The notes beneath the pieces were generated by a model. It was not told where the DNA came from. It ran no database searches and saw only the letters and a program-made list of their open reading frames with translations. From assembly GCF_006345805.1 (NCBI RefSeq), contig NC_043003.1, positions 85,064,001 through 85,128,000 on the forward strand: 64,000 nucleotides of DNA. Direction: 5' to 3'. Positions 50,350 to 62,962 of the stretch are shown piece after piece (position 1 is the first letter of the stretch; each line of letters begins with the position of its first letter). The stretch is from Octopus sinensis (lineage: Eukaryota). The position numbers were made by a program, and so were the translations under genes.

Positions 50350-52700
50350 AAACCTTGATTTGGGAAGCACTAGACTAAACCGACCGAAGTACTTGATTGG
50401 TGCTTACTTTATTGACCCGAGAATTATGAAATTAAGAAGTTGACTTGGACAGGATTAGAACTTAGATTAGAAAGAGCCGTGCTAAATATTAGTTACAAAT
50501 TTTGCCAGCAAGTTTGAGGCAAGGAGCAAGTCAATGTAATTGACTTACTCCCTCTCATAAAATTGCTGGCAAAATTTGACTTTCTTTCGGGGTCAATAAA
50601 TATCAGCTGAGCACTGGTGTAATCGGCTTACCCACTCACTGGAGAATGTTTTGAGAACTCTATTCGTAGAGTCAGAATAGGTTTGATGCAAGCTCTTTAC
50701 TTTATAAAGAGTAAGAGTAGCATCATCTGTGTAAAAGCGGTATTGAAAGTGAATAGAGTGCAAGGGACATAATCGGTTCTCAGGAAATGAAATTATGCGT
50801 CAGAAACTGTAGATTTCAGCTGTCGCTGTCGTGTGTGAGGATGTCAATCAATTTTATTCTATAATCTAATTCTATGTTATTTTAATTAACACGAAAAATA
50901 TTTTTATTGTTGTGTTTTATGGGTTTGTTTGTGTTTTGTTTTTTTTTTGTGGTAGTGCTATTTTCCTACAACTTTTATCATTTTCTAAATTTGAATAAAT
51001 ATAATTACTTTTCTGATATATCACGATGGAGTACCAAAAAAGAAAAAAAAAGCAGGGAATTTATCTGACAACCTTATAGTAATTTTAAAACGTGATGCTA
51101 TAAATATGAAATGTGTATTTAAAGTGTCTTGGAGAAGCTGCACGATTTGCAAGGGAGGTAATTCTGAACAATTGTCTGAAATTTTGAAAACGAATATAAT
51201 TTGCAATAATAAAGTTTTCTGGTGTAACCATAAAGTTTACGTGAATGGAGTGGGTTAGTCGATGCCCTCAACAAGTATTTCACAAGTAATTTATTTTACC
51301 GACCTCGAAAGGATGAAAATCAAAGCTGACCTCAGCAGGATTTGAGCGCAACGTAAAGGGACAGAACAAATTTTGTCCGATTGCCTAACAATTCTGCTAG
51401 ACCACCAAGATTAATAACAATTGTTTCATTCCTTTTGTTTTGTTATGTTTTTATCAAGGACAGCCATTCTTGGGATTAGTCGATATCATCACCCACGTAC
51501 TTGGCAGGTACTATATTTTCTTGTTGACCCTGGTGGGATGAAATGGAACTCAGCGGGATTTGAGCTAACATTCTCAGTTTAAAATTGCTGACCTTATGCC
51601 TACATCGGAAACAATTACTATTATTAGTGCTATTATTAACTCATTAACAGCCAAATTTTTGTTATTCATATATTTGGCTTTGCCAAGTGTCTTGGGAGTT
51701 AAAATAATATATAGTATTTAAATTTTCTTGATATGTGAATTATTTTGGAAATTATGATAAATTTTTTGAAAAGTCTCAAATGGGTATCGCTGAAAAAAAG
51801 CATATTTATTCTTTTCTGTTCAATTGCAATAATAAACATTTGCGTTTTTTTTTTAACTATAATATATCAAATGTGAATGTGTATAAAATGTCAATGAATG
51901 ATATAGACTGGAAATGCAGGGGAAAAAAAGTTTTCAAAATATTTTTGTAGTTCAAAAATTGTGACTTATGACAAGACCTGAAATTTTGTGGGAAGGGGCT
52001 TGTCGATTACACTGACCCCGGGAACTTAACTGATACTTATCTTATTGGCCCCGAAAGAATGAAATTCAACCTCGGCGGAATTTGAACTCAGAATATAAAG
52101 ACGAACGAAATACCGCGAATTATTTTATCCGGCATACTATCGTTTCTGCTAGCTCACCGCCTTTGATTCAAATTTTGGCAAGAGGGCAGTTCACTGCCTT
52201 AATTGTAATTCTTTCTTAATACAGGTACGATGTCTGAACATTTGAGAGAGGTATCAACTAGTACTTTGTTTTATCGAAAGGATGAAAAGCAAACTTGACT
52301 TCAAAATGATTTCAGCTGAGCACGCAAGGAGCAGAAAGAAATGCCGTCGAGTATTTCGTCCTACGTGCTAATGATTATGTTATGTCACCATAATAATAAT
52401 AATCTTTTGTTCTATAGGCACAGGGATTAAAAGTTTTTGACAGGGAGCTAGCCTATTACATGGCTCCCAGTGTCCAACAGGTACTTATTATATCGACTCC
52501 GAAATAATGAAACGTTATTTTGACCCAGGTGAGAGAAGAAATACTGCAAAACATTTTGTCCGACACATTATTGATTCAGCTGAGCAACGGATAAGCGGAT
52601 ATCATCTATCCCAGTATTTTATTTTCTCGACCTCCGAGGATAAAGGCATAGCTGATCCTGACGCAGTAAAATATTATACTTCTTTAAAAACGATTTATTA
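50350..52700. mobile_element. Cluster of old degenerate S1-type SINE fragments (about 50360, 51240, 51480, 51960, 52240, 52430)
   Basis: Repeated gacc(c/t)cgaaaggatgaaa..gacctcggcggaatttgaactcag fragments. Confidence 0.65.
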
Positions 52701-52815
52701 ACTTCATTATGAAATAAAGTCAATAATTTCTACAATTCTCATTAGCTCTCTAATCTGAGGGCAAAATCTTACCACAAAATGAAAGTGTAATATGAGGGAA
52801 ATTTGAATGCTATTT

Positions 52816-53232
52816 GGATCTTTTCGGTTTGAACGGCAGTTTTTTAAAATAACTTCCACGTAACTAAACACTTTTAAACTTCGTATACTGGTAGAATGTG
52901 TTTATAAAACATCTTTTTCTCTTGGCTTTATTGAGAAAATTCTATAGTTTGTAAGATATCTGTTGTTTTTTTTTCTTCAATTTCTGCAATTTCAACCAAT
53001 CAATGACGTCTATTGGGGTAAAAAAAAAACATTCTGTGCCGTATGAATATGTCCCTCAATTAAGGAACAGATTGGGTTTATTTACATTTGTGAAGAAAAA
53101 ATGATACACTTCCTCCCATTCCTAACCCTAAAACAGATTGAAATGCAACAGATTGATACTAGGGTCGTAATTATGGGTGACAATTTCATATGACACCGCT
53201 AGAAAAAACTGCCGTTCAAACCGAAAAGATCC
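52816..53232. mobile_element. MITE with perfect 30-bp terminal inverted repeats
   Basis: GGATCTTTTCGGTTTGAACGGCAGTTTTTT / AAAAAACTGCCGTTCAAACCGAAAAGATCC; no clear TSD, superfamily unassigned. Confidence 0.88.
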
Positions 53233-53821
53233 TGCAATTTCTCACTAGTTGTGCGAATGTGTAGATGCTTCTTCGATGTTTTAGCCCTTATCAAAAATCT
53301 TTCCAGTGTCATGCAACCGTTACTGTGTAAATCTAATATCAAAGACTCCAACCGTAACCATTCCATCTACGACTGCATTATCCTACTGTCACATTTCGTG
53401 ACAGTAGGATGCAAAGGCAATCTTTCGAACTTTGTACATGTATTATGGTGAAGAAAGTGACAAAAACTACCCCGAATGAAGGTTGAGCAAATAATCATAG
53501 AATGTGACTGATTAATCTAAACATTTTTGGACAATCATTCGATATTAGTACACATCGTCATTCACTCACACAACATTTTCCCTTATGACAAAAAGAGGCT
53601 GGGCTCAAAAAGACACAGAATGACATGATCTACTAATACCGAAAGGCTGCCATTTTTTTCTAATTATTAAAACGAATGTATTGACAGTAAAAGTAAAACA
53701 TTGCAAAAGCACACACTCACGTACACACGGTTATATACACACCGAATATAGGTACACATACACACACGCTGACATTGTCTTCCATTCAGTTTGTGTCACT
53801 TTGTGCGCCATATTATATATA

Positions 53822-54218
53822 CTCCTTTACTTGTTTCAGTCATTTGACTGCGGCCATGCTGGAGCACCACCTTTAGTCGAGCAAATCGACCCAGGGACTT
53901 ATTCTTTGTAAGCCCAGTACTTATTCTATCGGTCTCTTTTGCCGAACCGCTAAGTAACGGGGACGTAAACACACCAGCATCGGTTGTCAAGCAATGCTAG
54001 GGGGACAAACACAGACACACAAACACACACATAAATATATATATATACATATATACGACAGGCTTCTTTCAGTTTCCGTCTACCAAATCCACTCACAAGG
54101 CATTGGTCGGCCCGGGGTTATAGCAGAAGACACTTGCCCAAGATGCCACGCAGTGGGACTGAACCCGGAACCATGTGGCTGGTAAACAAGCTACTTACCA
54201 CACAGCCACTCCTGCGCC
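53822..54218 (-). mobile_element. Full-length young SINE family S2 immediately upstream of the promoter
   Basis: Head ggcgcaggagtggctgtgtggtaag at 54218; CpGs intact. Confidence 0.92.
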
Positions 54219-54294
54219 TATGTTCAAAATACTAAAAGTTTTCTGGATGTAAATGAAGGGTGTTTAGCCACTATTTCTAGTATGCCGAACAAAA

Positions 54295-54420
54295 ACAAGC
54301 GAAACATCGTCGCGAATAGTGAGAACGGAAGCAAATAGCGAAAGCGGAAGTTGATTTATTTACATTCTGGCCTCGTCATGGGCGGTGTTATATGAAAGAG
54401 GCGGCTGTTGACAACGTAAC
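54295..54420 (+). promoter_or_regulatory. CpG-rich housekeeping-type promoter
   Basis: ETS-type CGGAAG at 54326 and CGGAAGT at 54345, TCGCGA at 54310, GGGCGG at 54380; non-repeat DNA about 200 bp before the ATG. Confidence 0.55.
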
Positions 54421-54596
54421 AGTAACTTACTTTTATTTATTTTTTTTTCGGCCTCTTCTTTCTACCACCTGTCTTTTCAGTTCTGCTTTTTGCTTCCTTT
54501 CAATTCTTATTCACCTTTTATTCATAATTCCAGATCCTAGTGTTCTGGTTCTTCATGTTAAAAAAACAGACTATTTTTATTTCTATATGACTCGCT

Positions 54597-54690
54597 ATGT
54601 CTCTTAACGAAATCACTGAAGGTTTACGAAAGGCCGTTGAATCTGGACGGACGGATATAGTGCGAAGTGTGATTTCAACTTTACAAAAAA
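54597..54690 (+). CDS. First coding exon of a host gene with an ankyrin-repeat-like N-terminus (MSLNEITEGLRKAVESGRTDIVRSVISTLQK), phase-1 intron
   Basis: ATG, 31 codons + 1 nt, consensus donor GTAAGT at 54691; L..AV..G..DIVR pattern; possible 5'-UTR intron acceptor at 54533. Confidence 0.7.
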
Positions 54691-54959
54691 GTAAGTTGTT
54701 CTTATTGTTTATTTATTTGCCTTTTTCTAATTTTAATGTAATTAACGTTCATTCAAAACTGAATACAAACGACCACTATTTGATAAAATAACCAACCTTC
54801 CTTTTAAAATTTTCGTTCTTTTTCCTACTATTCTTGCACAATCAAAGTGATCGCTTGCATTTGCAGTGACTAGGCTCTGTAATTTAGAAAACAAATATAA
54901 TTTAGTGATATGCCACGAAGAGAATGCCGGCTTCTTCGTCTCATATGCCAATTACTTAC

Positions 54960-55110
54960 GACGGTTAATCAACATTATCTTTAGAGTTCAAACTCTGCCG
55001 AAGTCGACTTTGCCTTTCGTCTTCCTGGGTTCGATAAAATAAGTACTAGTCAAGATCTTGGGTCCACTTATTCGACGACCCATTCTCAAATTTTTGTCTT
55101 TGTGCCTCTG
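54960..55110 (+). mobile_element. SINE S1 fragment
   Basis: gagttcaaactctgccgaagtcgactttgcctttc..ttcgataaaataagtac. Confidence 0.7.
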
Positions 55111-56399
55111 CAAGAAATACGATTTATCTTCGTTATGTTGGGTTCGAGAAGACTGTTTGTTTTATTGAGTTCTTAACCTATAAATAATGGGCTATTTGCA
55201 TATTTAAGTGAAGGGGGAAATGTATTTTTTTGAAAATAAAAAGAAAAACTCTTTGTAATTGTATACGTTGTCACATAAACATTCTATCACGGTTGTATTG
55301 TTATTGGAGAGAGGGAGGGAAACTGACTTATACAATGTTACTTCGATACACATTCGACGCTGCTAAGGAAACTGCCGTATTATTGATTTCTCTGAGTTTT
55401 GACTAGTAGTAGCAATAGTTTAATCCCAGTCAGCCCTAACAGAGCAAACTTGTGATCAGAGGTATTCTCATGTGTCCCTTACGTCCTAATTAGTGTTACG
55501 TAGGACTTCATCATCTGGTGTTCCCCACTTTCTCTTCTTTTGTTTTTTTAAGATGACGGTGTGAGTTTGGAGGATTTAGCTTCGTAGAGACTTCCTCGTT
55601 TGATAGTAAAACCTCGCGTTGAGTGAGATTACCCCGCGGTTTTAACCTTACCCTCATTAATAACATACCACAATACAACACGGAAAAAATGCACTATCTC
55701 GTTTCCTCATTTATTTTAATGAATCTTAAAATCCCAAGTGTTTGTAAGCAAGTATATATTCTCTCTGATTGTTTTCATGTTGACAGGATTTGGAAGAACG
55801 AAATATTACGTTTATCGAACTTGGATTTAAATTTCCCTACACGCAAACGTTTTTGGTAAACGAAGATTTGGACACAATTGGACTCAAGGAAATGTTATAT
55901 AAACGTTCAGCTAAGAATATTACTGTTATGCAGTCATTCACCCCGCCCAGTATTAATAAAATAGAAAGTTTCAATGCTATAAATTGGAACGGCCTTTTAC
56001 AATGTCGGCTCACGCCGCTTGCTGCAGTCAGACGTCAACCCCTTGGCGACGCTCAACTTTCATAACATATTCCTGTCTTCAGCTTTCTTTTCCTGCGGGT
56101 TCTTTTAATGTGAATTGTCTTGGACCTTCGTTACCCATCCACATCACAGTAATAAAATGATTTCTAAAACTGATCGATTTTATCAACCCCAAGATGATAA
56201 AAGACAAATGTGACCCTAGATGGACCGAAACTCAAACCAGGAAAGAATTTAACTATTCAGGGCTTCATCAGGACATTTATTATATTAGAGTGTTTACCGT
56301 TTTACAAAATTAAATTAGAAAATTGGACAAAACAGAGAGAACACACTTGAAAAAATGAAAAAGAAAAAGATCACAACAATTCACCACCTTGGGTTGAAA

Positions 56400-57240
56400 A
56401 GGTGGGGCGCTGGGAAACCTCTCTAATGGCTATTGAGGCACACTTGCAGCGTTGCCACGGGTGATGGCGAGGCTGATGTGCTGGAACAGCCAAGTTACCT
56501 CTACAAGGCTAATTGCCAGTGGAGACAGGAATCTCACTGTTAGTGGTCCGACACCCACCAAAAGTCTCAAATGCCACAGGATGGAAAATGTAGTTGGCCA
56601 ACAAATCATGGTATTTCAGGATTTTGTTCTGCTTGGTCACAGAAGCTATGGATCTCACCCTGACCACAGCATCCAGGATGTGAGAAGAAGCTAAGAGTTG
56701 CTAACTGTGACATTCCAGGCAAGGTATCTGCCTTGCGACCAGGAGCACAAGGTGAGGCCGTCAGGTCTCTTCCCATCACATCTGGACAATCCAGATGGTT
56801 CCAAGATGGAGAGGATGTTTGCCTAAGCCAAGCTCCTCTTGGGTATCAGGTTCAACTTCGTATGATGCACAAAGCAACCAGCATTCAGACAGCAGGAAAG
56901 GCCATGGAAGCATGTGGAGTTGAGGAGCCTGCAACAACAACAGATTAGACCTGTGCATATGTAAGCTCCCACTCTGAGGGTAATGGAGACACAAAGTTCA
57001 ACCAAGCTGAGTAGGCCACCAACATTAGCCACAGGGATGGCATCAATCCAGTCACCTGAGTATTTGGCACTAGCAGACAGTAAGCAACATCTTGAAAACT
57101 GGTCCGATTGGAGGAAGAGGGAGTTGAAGGTGGCCTTCGAAATTATGCCATCCCAAGCTCTCTGACTCCGACAGTCCTCCACGTTCTCAGGAGAAGACAA
57201 GCCCAATTCCCTCCAGTATTGGAGAGCTTCGTCCAAAAAT
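56400..57240 (-). mobile_element. CRE-clade (restriction-like endonuclease) LINE 3' remnant, CpG-decayed
   Basis: SGDWIDAIPVANVG..SITLRVGA..HGLSC..AG..HH.KLN; RPDGLTLCSWSQGRYLAWNVTV. Confidence 0.8.
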
Positions 57241-57309
57241 ATCTAAAACCATTTTGTACACCACAATAATTTTGTTATCTCTTGTTCCAAAATAATAGGA
57301 ATGATAAAG

Positions 57310-57515
57310 TTTTCAAAATTTGGTACAAGGCCAGCAATTTTGGAAGAGGGGCTAAGTCGATTACATCAACCTCAGTGCTCAACTGGTACTTATCTTTTCA
57401 ACTCCAGAAGGATGAAAGGCAAAGTCAACTTATGTGGAATTTGAACTCAGAACGTAAAAGTCAGATAAAATGTCGGTAAGCATTTTGCCTGGTGTGCTAA
57501 CAATTCTGCCAGCTC
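57310..57515 (-). mobile_element. SINE S1, CpG-decayed
   Basis: gtcgattacatcaacc..aaaggcaaagtcaactt..gcctggtgtgctaacaattctgccagctc. Confidence 0.8.
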
Positions 57516-57949
57516 TGTAATAATTGTTTCAAATTTAGGTACATGATCTGCAATTTAGAGAGGAAGGTTTAGTCGATTATGTCAGCCTCATTACTTGACT
57601 GGTGTTTTCAGCATCATCATTTCAACATCCACTTTCCTGTGCTTGCAGGAGTTTGATAGAATTTTTTGAGACAAATTTTCTAAGCTGGATGCTCTTCCTT
57701 TCACTGACACTCACCTAAGTAGGGTAATATTTTCCCTATGACCAGACATTTGAAATTGGTAACAAAGGATACCACTTGCATGACACCAGCACTCATTTAC
57801 AACTCCCACACAATATCAAGGCATGGAGATAGTAACACTAATACACACAGATTGTTATATTTTGGGATGGTCATTTTTTTTCTTGCCAAATAAACACATT
57901 CACACGTTATATATAAACTTCACACGTTTATTATTGTTCTTATTTTATC

Positions 57950-59250
57950 TTTTGTCCATTGTCTGGAAATCTTTCGTCACACACCTGTGACCTGTTCCCA
58001 CATGTCTCCTGTTCTGTTTAGTCATATATCTGGATAAAATTTTTTTATTTAGCACCTTCATTTCTTTTAAGGATTCATCATGAATATTTTTTTTTTTAAA
58101 TTCATATTCTTTATATGTGAATTAGTTGAAAAAATTTGAATTTGTTTTATTGAGTTTTGAAAAGCGGGTGTTTTGGGAAAGGTTATTTGAAATGTTCTTT
58201 GTCATCTAAAATCTGTGTGTTGTGAGTTTTTAAGCTAAGAAAAGATTGGAAAAGAGGAAGAAAGACAAAGGGATGTTTTTATTACTTGGTTGGTTGAAAT
58301 TGATGACTAATCAAAGAGGTCAAATTTTTTTATCAATTGCAATAATCTTTTTTTTTCAGTTATTGTGTGACTGACAAAATTGTTTTTGGTCAGTTGTCAT
58401 ATTACTTTTAATAAGCATTTCCCCTGTTTTTATAGATATATTTTTTACACATTTAGTTTAGGTAAAAACAAATTTTATAAAATGTAATTCTGTTGCCTTC
58501 TGGTATTTTGAATCATCCCTTGGGCATTTGTAGGAAAGAAAAGTCTTGAATCTGTTGTTTCCACATATTTCCAGATGCTTGCTCAGTGGAATATTACATA
58601 GTAGTTTTTGTCTCTGTTTATGGATTCTTGTATGTTCGCAAAAGAAATTGTTGGTTTTGCTAAATTAATTCTCTTTGCCATTGAGACAGGTTATGCAATA
58701 TAGTAGATTCTGTGTGGGCAGTCCATATTTGCATTTACTTGGAAGGAGAATCCACTTTAAATTTTGTATGGGAGCCTGTGTCTAGATATTTTAGGTTGTT
58801 GTTGTTGTTACATATTCCACATCTATTGTTTCCACAGTCCTTCCTGAAGAATTTTCAAGTATCATCTGATGTGAGTTTTGTCCTCTTCAGATGTTTTTTT
58901 TAAGATTTGTTTGATGAGATTTTCATCAACCAGTGAAGCCTGGTGCAGTTTTCTGGTTTGCCAGCTCCTATCAAACCGTCCAGCCCATATCAGCATGGAA
59001 AACAGACTTTATATGATGATGTATGTATGTGTGTAGCATGGAAGGTGAACGTTAAACGACAATGATATATATTACAGTTCTATATTTAAAAGATGAGGAA
59101 TTACGTACATTATTTACATTTGACAGATATTTGTCCTCATCTTGTTTGTTGTTAGAACAACATTTTGGCTGATATACCCTCCAGCCTTCATCAGGTTTCT
59201 TGGGGAAGTTTCGAACTTGGTTTCTCATTCCTAAGGTATTTTTTGATGTT
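57950..59250 (-). mobile_element. Penelope-like element remnants (GIY-YIG endonuclease region about 58450-58900; terminal repeat about 59080-59250)
   Basis: Minus strand CGNRCGIC..LDTGS followed by degenerate GIY-YIG-type sequence; hammerhead-like motif in the terminal segment. Confidence 0.6.
59161..59194 (-). ncRNA. Decayed Penelope-type hammerhead ribozyme motif
   Basis: CTGATGA-A-GGCTG(gagggtatat)CAGCC-AAAA-TG; GAAACG appears replaced by AAAATG, consistent with two CpG transitions. Confidence 0.5.
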
Positions 59251-59274
59251 ATTATTATTGTATATATATATATC

Positions 59275-59465
59275 ATCATCATCGTTTAACGTCCACTTTA
59301 CATGCTAGAATGGGTTGGACAATTTGATTGAGGACTGGCGAACCAGATGGCTGCACCAGGCTCCAATCTGAACTAGCAGAGTTTCTACAGCTGAATGCCC
59401 TTCCTAACGCCAACCACTCCGAGAGTGTAGTGGGTGCTTTTACGTGCCACCGGCACGAGGGCCAG
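59275..59465 (-). mobile_element. SINE/LINE 3' end with (GAT)n tail (family S5; second copy 61845-62045 on +)
   Basis: gtttctacagctg(g/a)atgcccttcctaacgccaaccactcc..ggacgttaaacgatgatga. Confidence 0.75.
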
Positions 59466-59539
59466 TTATATCCATCCAGTGTACTGTTTTACTGCTTGAT
59501 AACTTTTGGTCATGACTGACCGTGGGATTGCACCTAGAA

Positions 59540-59830
59540 AGTTACCCTCCCAGGCACAAGTCCGGGCAAGGTTGTTTATGGAAGACCAGCAGTCGCCCAT
59601 GCATACCGGCCTCCCTTCTCCATGCCACCAGTGTTATCCAAGGGAAAGGCAAAGGCTGAAACAGCTTGGCACCTGTGATGTCGCAACTCATTTCTATGGC
59701 TCAGTGAACTGGAGCAATGTGAAATAAAGTATCTTGCTCAAGAACACAACACGCAGCCCGATCCGGGATTCAAACTCACAACCTCACGATCATAAGCTCG
59801 ACGCTCTAACCACTGAGCCATGCACCTTCA
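59540..59830 (-). mobile_element. Full-length SINE family S4
   Basis: Head gtgaaggtgcatggctcagtggttagagcg; B-box gtgagtttgaatccc. Confidence 0.88.
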
Positions 59831-60754
59831 CTATATATATATATATATATTGTGTGTGTGTGTTTGACCCCTACCACCACTTGGCAACTGGTGCTGGTGT
59901 GTTTATGTTCTGGTAGCTTAGCAGCTCAGCAAAAGAGACTGATTGAATAAGTACTGGGGGTCGATTTGCTCAACTAAAATTCTTCAAGGCAGTGCTCTCT
60001 GACATGGTTGCTGTCTAATGACTGAAACAAGTAAAAAATGAAAAGGACGTGCTAACTTCTCATATAGAATCAACTGCCATTGAAGATTCAATATGAGCAC
60101 TGTTTATATTGGGTTTATTTCTGATAAATTTTCATTTCAAAGTGACTTCATCATTTTGCACCAACTTTCCATGCTGACTTGGATTAGACTTATCAACAGT
60201 ATCTTACAAGTTGAATGACTAAAGTCTTGCTGAAATATCAATTTTGGCATGGTTTATGACTTGATGCCCTTCCTAACACCATCCACTTTTTAGAGTGCAC
60301 TGGATGTATTTTCTCATAGCATGAACAAAACAACAATTGTTTCTACTATGAAATTGCTTGTCGAGACCTCTCTTCTTAAATCTACCACATTTAGATGGGC
60401 AATGTAATATTTTATCTGAAGAGAAAGTTTATATACATACATTGGCTTACTGTGGACCTTCTCAAAGCAAATTCTTACTATCTAATAAGCAAACATGATT
60501 TCAACAAAGAATACATACAAACAGATGAATAATGTGTATCCATGCTTCTGATCGAGTGTGATGCATCTCATTTAGGAAACAAGTGAAGTAAAGTGTGTAT
60601 CATAAATCAATAGAACATCTGTATATATCGTTGGTTGTGAAGTGAAAGAAAAAGCCACTTGGATAAATGGCTCAGTAGAAAGGCCATTGTTTTTATCAAG
60701 GAAATATTGAAAGAAATATTAGAAATGTAAGCATTCATGAAGCTATTTTTTATT

Positions 60755-61130
60755 CTTTTACTTGTTTCAGTCATTTGACTGCAGCCATGCTAGAGCACAA
60801 CCCTTAGTTGAACAAATCAACCTCAAGGCTTATTCTTTGTAAGCCTAGTACTTATTATATTAGTCTCTTTTACCGAACTGCTAAGTTATGAGGACGAAAA
60901 CACACCAACATCAATTGTCGAGAGATGGTGGGGGGACAAACACAGACACACAAATATATACACACACACACACATATATACGCAACAGGCTTCTTTCAGT
61001 TTCTTCCTACCAAATTCACTCACAAGACTTAGGTCAGCCCAAGGGTATTGAAGACACTTGCCCAAGGTGCCAGGCAGTGGGACTGAACCCAGAACTGTGT
61101 GGTTGAGAAGCAAACTTCTTACTACACAGC
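60755..61130 (-). mobile_element. SINE family S2, CpG-decayed (further decayed copies at about 59860-60040 and 62225-62600)
   Basis: cttgtttcagtcatttgactgcagccatgctagagcac..gggactgaaccc. Confidence 0.85.
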
Positions 61131-61569
61131 TTGCCCTGAAGTATATGGTTGATTTGATGTTGGTGTTCACTAATGTTATAGTGACTTTTTGTTATTTCTG
61201 ACAATCATTGGACTATGATTATACTGGGATATCCTCTTGAAGAGTTTTAATCATTTTACTTAAGTCTGGTACTTACTCTGTTAGAGTTCTACTGTGACAT
61301 TTTAAAGCATTTGAGGGAGGGTATTTGGTGAAATCAGCTGGATCTGTGGAGCGTGAAGAATTGGGTTCTTCACCAAGCTCTCCTCACTCAAGAATTTCTC
61401 TCCAAAAACAAATGACTTTATGGAAAATGACTTCCAGGTCAGATTCCAAAAGTAGCTGGAACACTGGAATCGGTGTAAGGAGATGATATTCAAAACTTAG
61501 GTAAATAAGCTATAAGTTATTTTTTTATTGATAAATCTCAGAGCGAGTTATAAACAGTAGCAGCAACAC

Positions 61570-61821
61570 ATTGTGACATATATTTGCCATTTGAATATGG
61601 CTAACCCCTACTGTAGTTTGTAGCCCAGGAGGACACCTCCTCCAGCTGGCTATAGACACACTTTCTGTGCCCTGAAGGATGGCTTCCCTTCGCAAATACT
61701 GATAGGGCACAGAAAGTGTGTCTATAGCCAGCTGGAGGAGGTGTCCTCCTGGGGCTACAAACTACAGTAGCATCCACCCTTAGGGGTTAGCCATATTCAA
61801 ATGGCAAATATACGTCACAAT
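61570..61821. repeat. Long inverted repeat (arms 61570-61673 and 61704-61821, 30-nt spacer) built from a Penelope-like end
   Basis: Arms complementary except 1 substitution, a 1-nt indel and a 13-nt indel. Confidence 0.92.
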
Positions 61822-62879
61822 ATTTTTTTATTATTCCTGGCACCTGTGCAGGTGGCACGTAAAAAGCACCCACTACACTCACGGAGTGGTTGGCGTTAGG
61901 AAGGGCATCCAGCTGTAGAAACATTGCCAAATTAGACTGGAGCCTGGTGCAGCCTTCTGGCTGCCCAGAACCCCGGTCGAACCGTCCAACCCATGCTAGC
62001 ATGGAGAACGGACGTTAAACGACGATGATGATGATGATGATGATAACTAATCTAGGACTCTTTTGATATCACCTTGCAGTTGAACTGAACTTGGAACCAT
62101 GTGACTGCAATGCAACCTTCTTAGCCACATGGCTGTGACATTTATGTTCATTATTATTACCACTTTTTTTTCTTCTTGTGTCCAAATTTAGTGCCCTTTT
62201 TATGTTGAAATAATAATTTTTTCTTCCTACTTGTTTCAGTCATTAGAGTGCAGCCATGCTAGAGCACTGCTTTGAAGAATTTTTAGCCAAATGAGTTGAC
62301 CCCATTACTTATTTTTAAGCCTGGTACTTATTGTATCAGTCTCTTCTGCTGAACCACTAAGTTATGGGAATGTAAACACACAAACACTGGTTGTCAAATG
62401 CTGGTGGGGAGGACAAAGTCACACAAACATATATATGTATATATATATATATACACACACATATATATTATATAATATACAATGGGCATCTTTGTTTCCA
62501 TCTACCAGATCCACTCACAAGGCTTTGGTCAGCCCAAGGTGCCACACTGTGGGATTGAACCAGGAACCATGTGGTTGGGAAGCAAGCTTCTTAACACACA
62601 TCCATGCTTGTTTAAATTTATTTAATTTTGTGTGTGTGTGTGTGTGTGTATTTCTAATACAGTGTTTTTGTTAAAGTTGATATGAATGAGTGGCTGGCTG
62701 TAGGTTATGAGTCATATACCAATGAAGAACGATAATATTGATTATCGCTGACAGCTGTTTGATCAAATTGACATTTACAATTCATTAAAACCATGGTTTT
62801 TTATTTATTTCTTCATGAATCGATTTGTTTTGTGTCCCATCACATTCAGTTTCAACCATATAGATACTTGCATTTTAAC

Positions 62880-62881
62880 CA

Positions 62882-62962
<81 letters not shown>

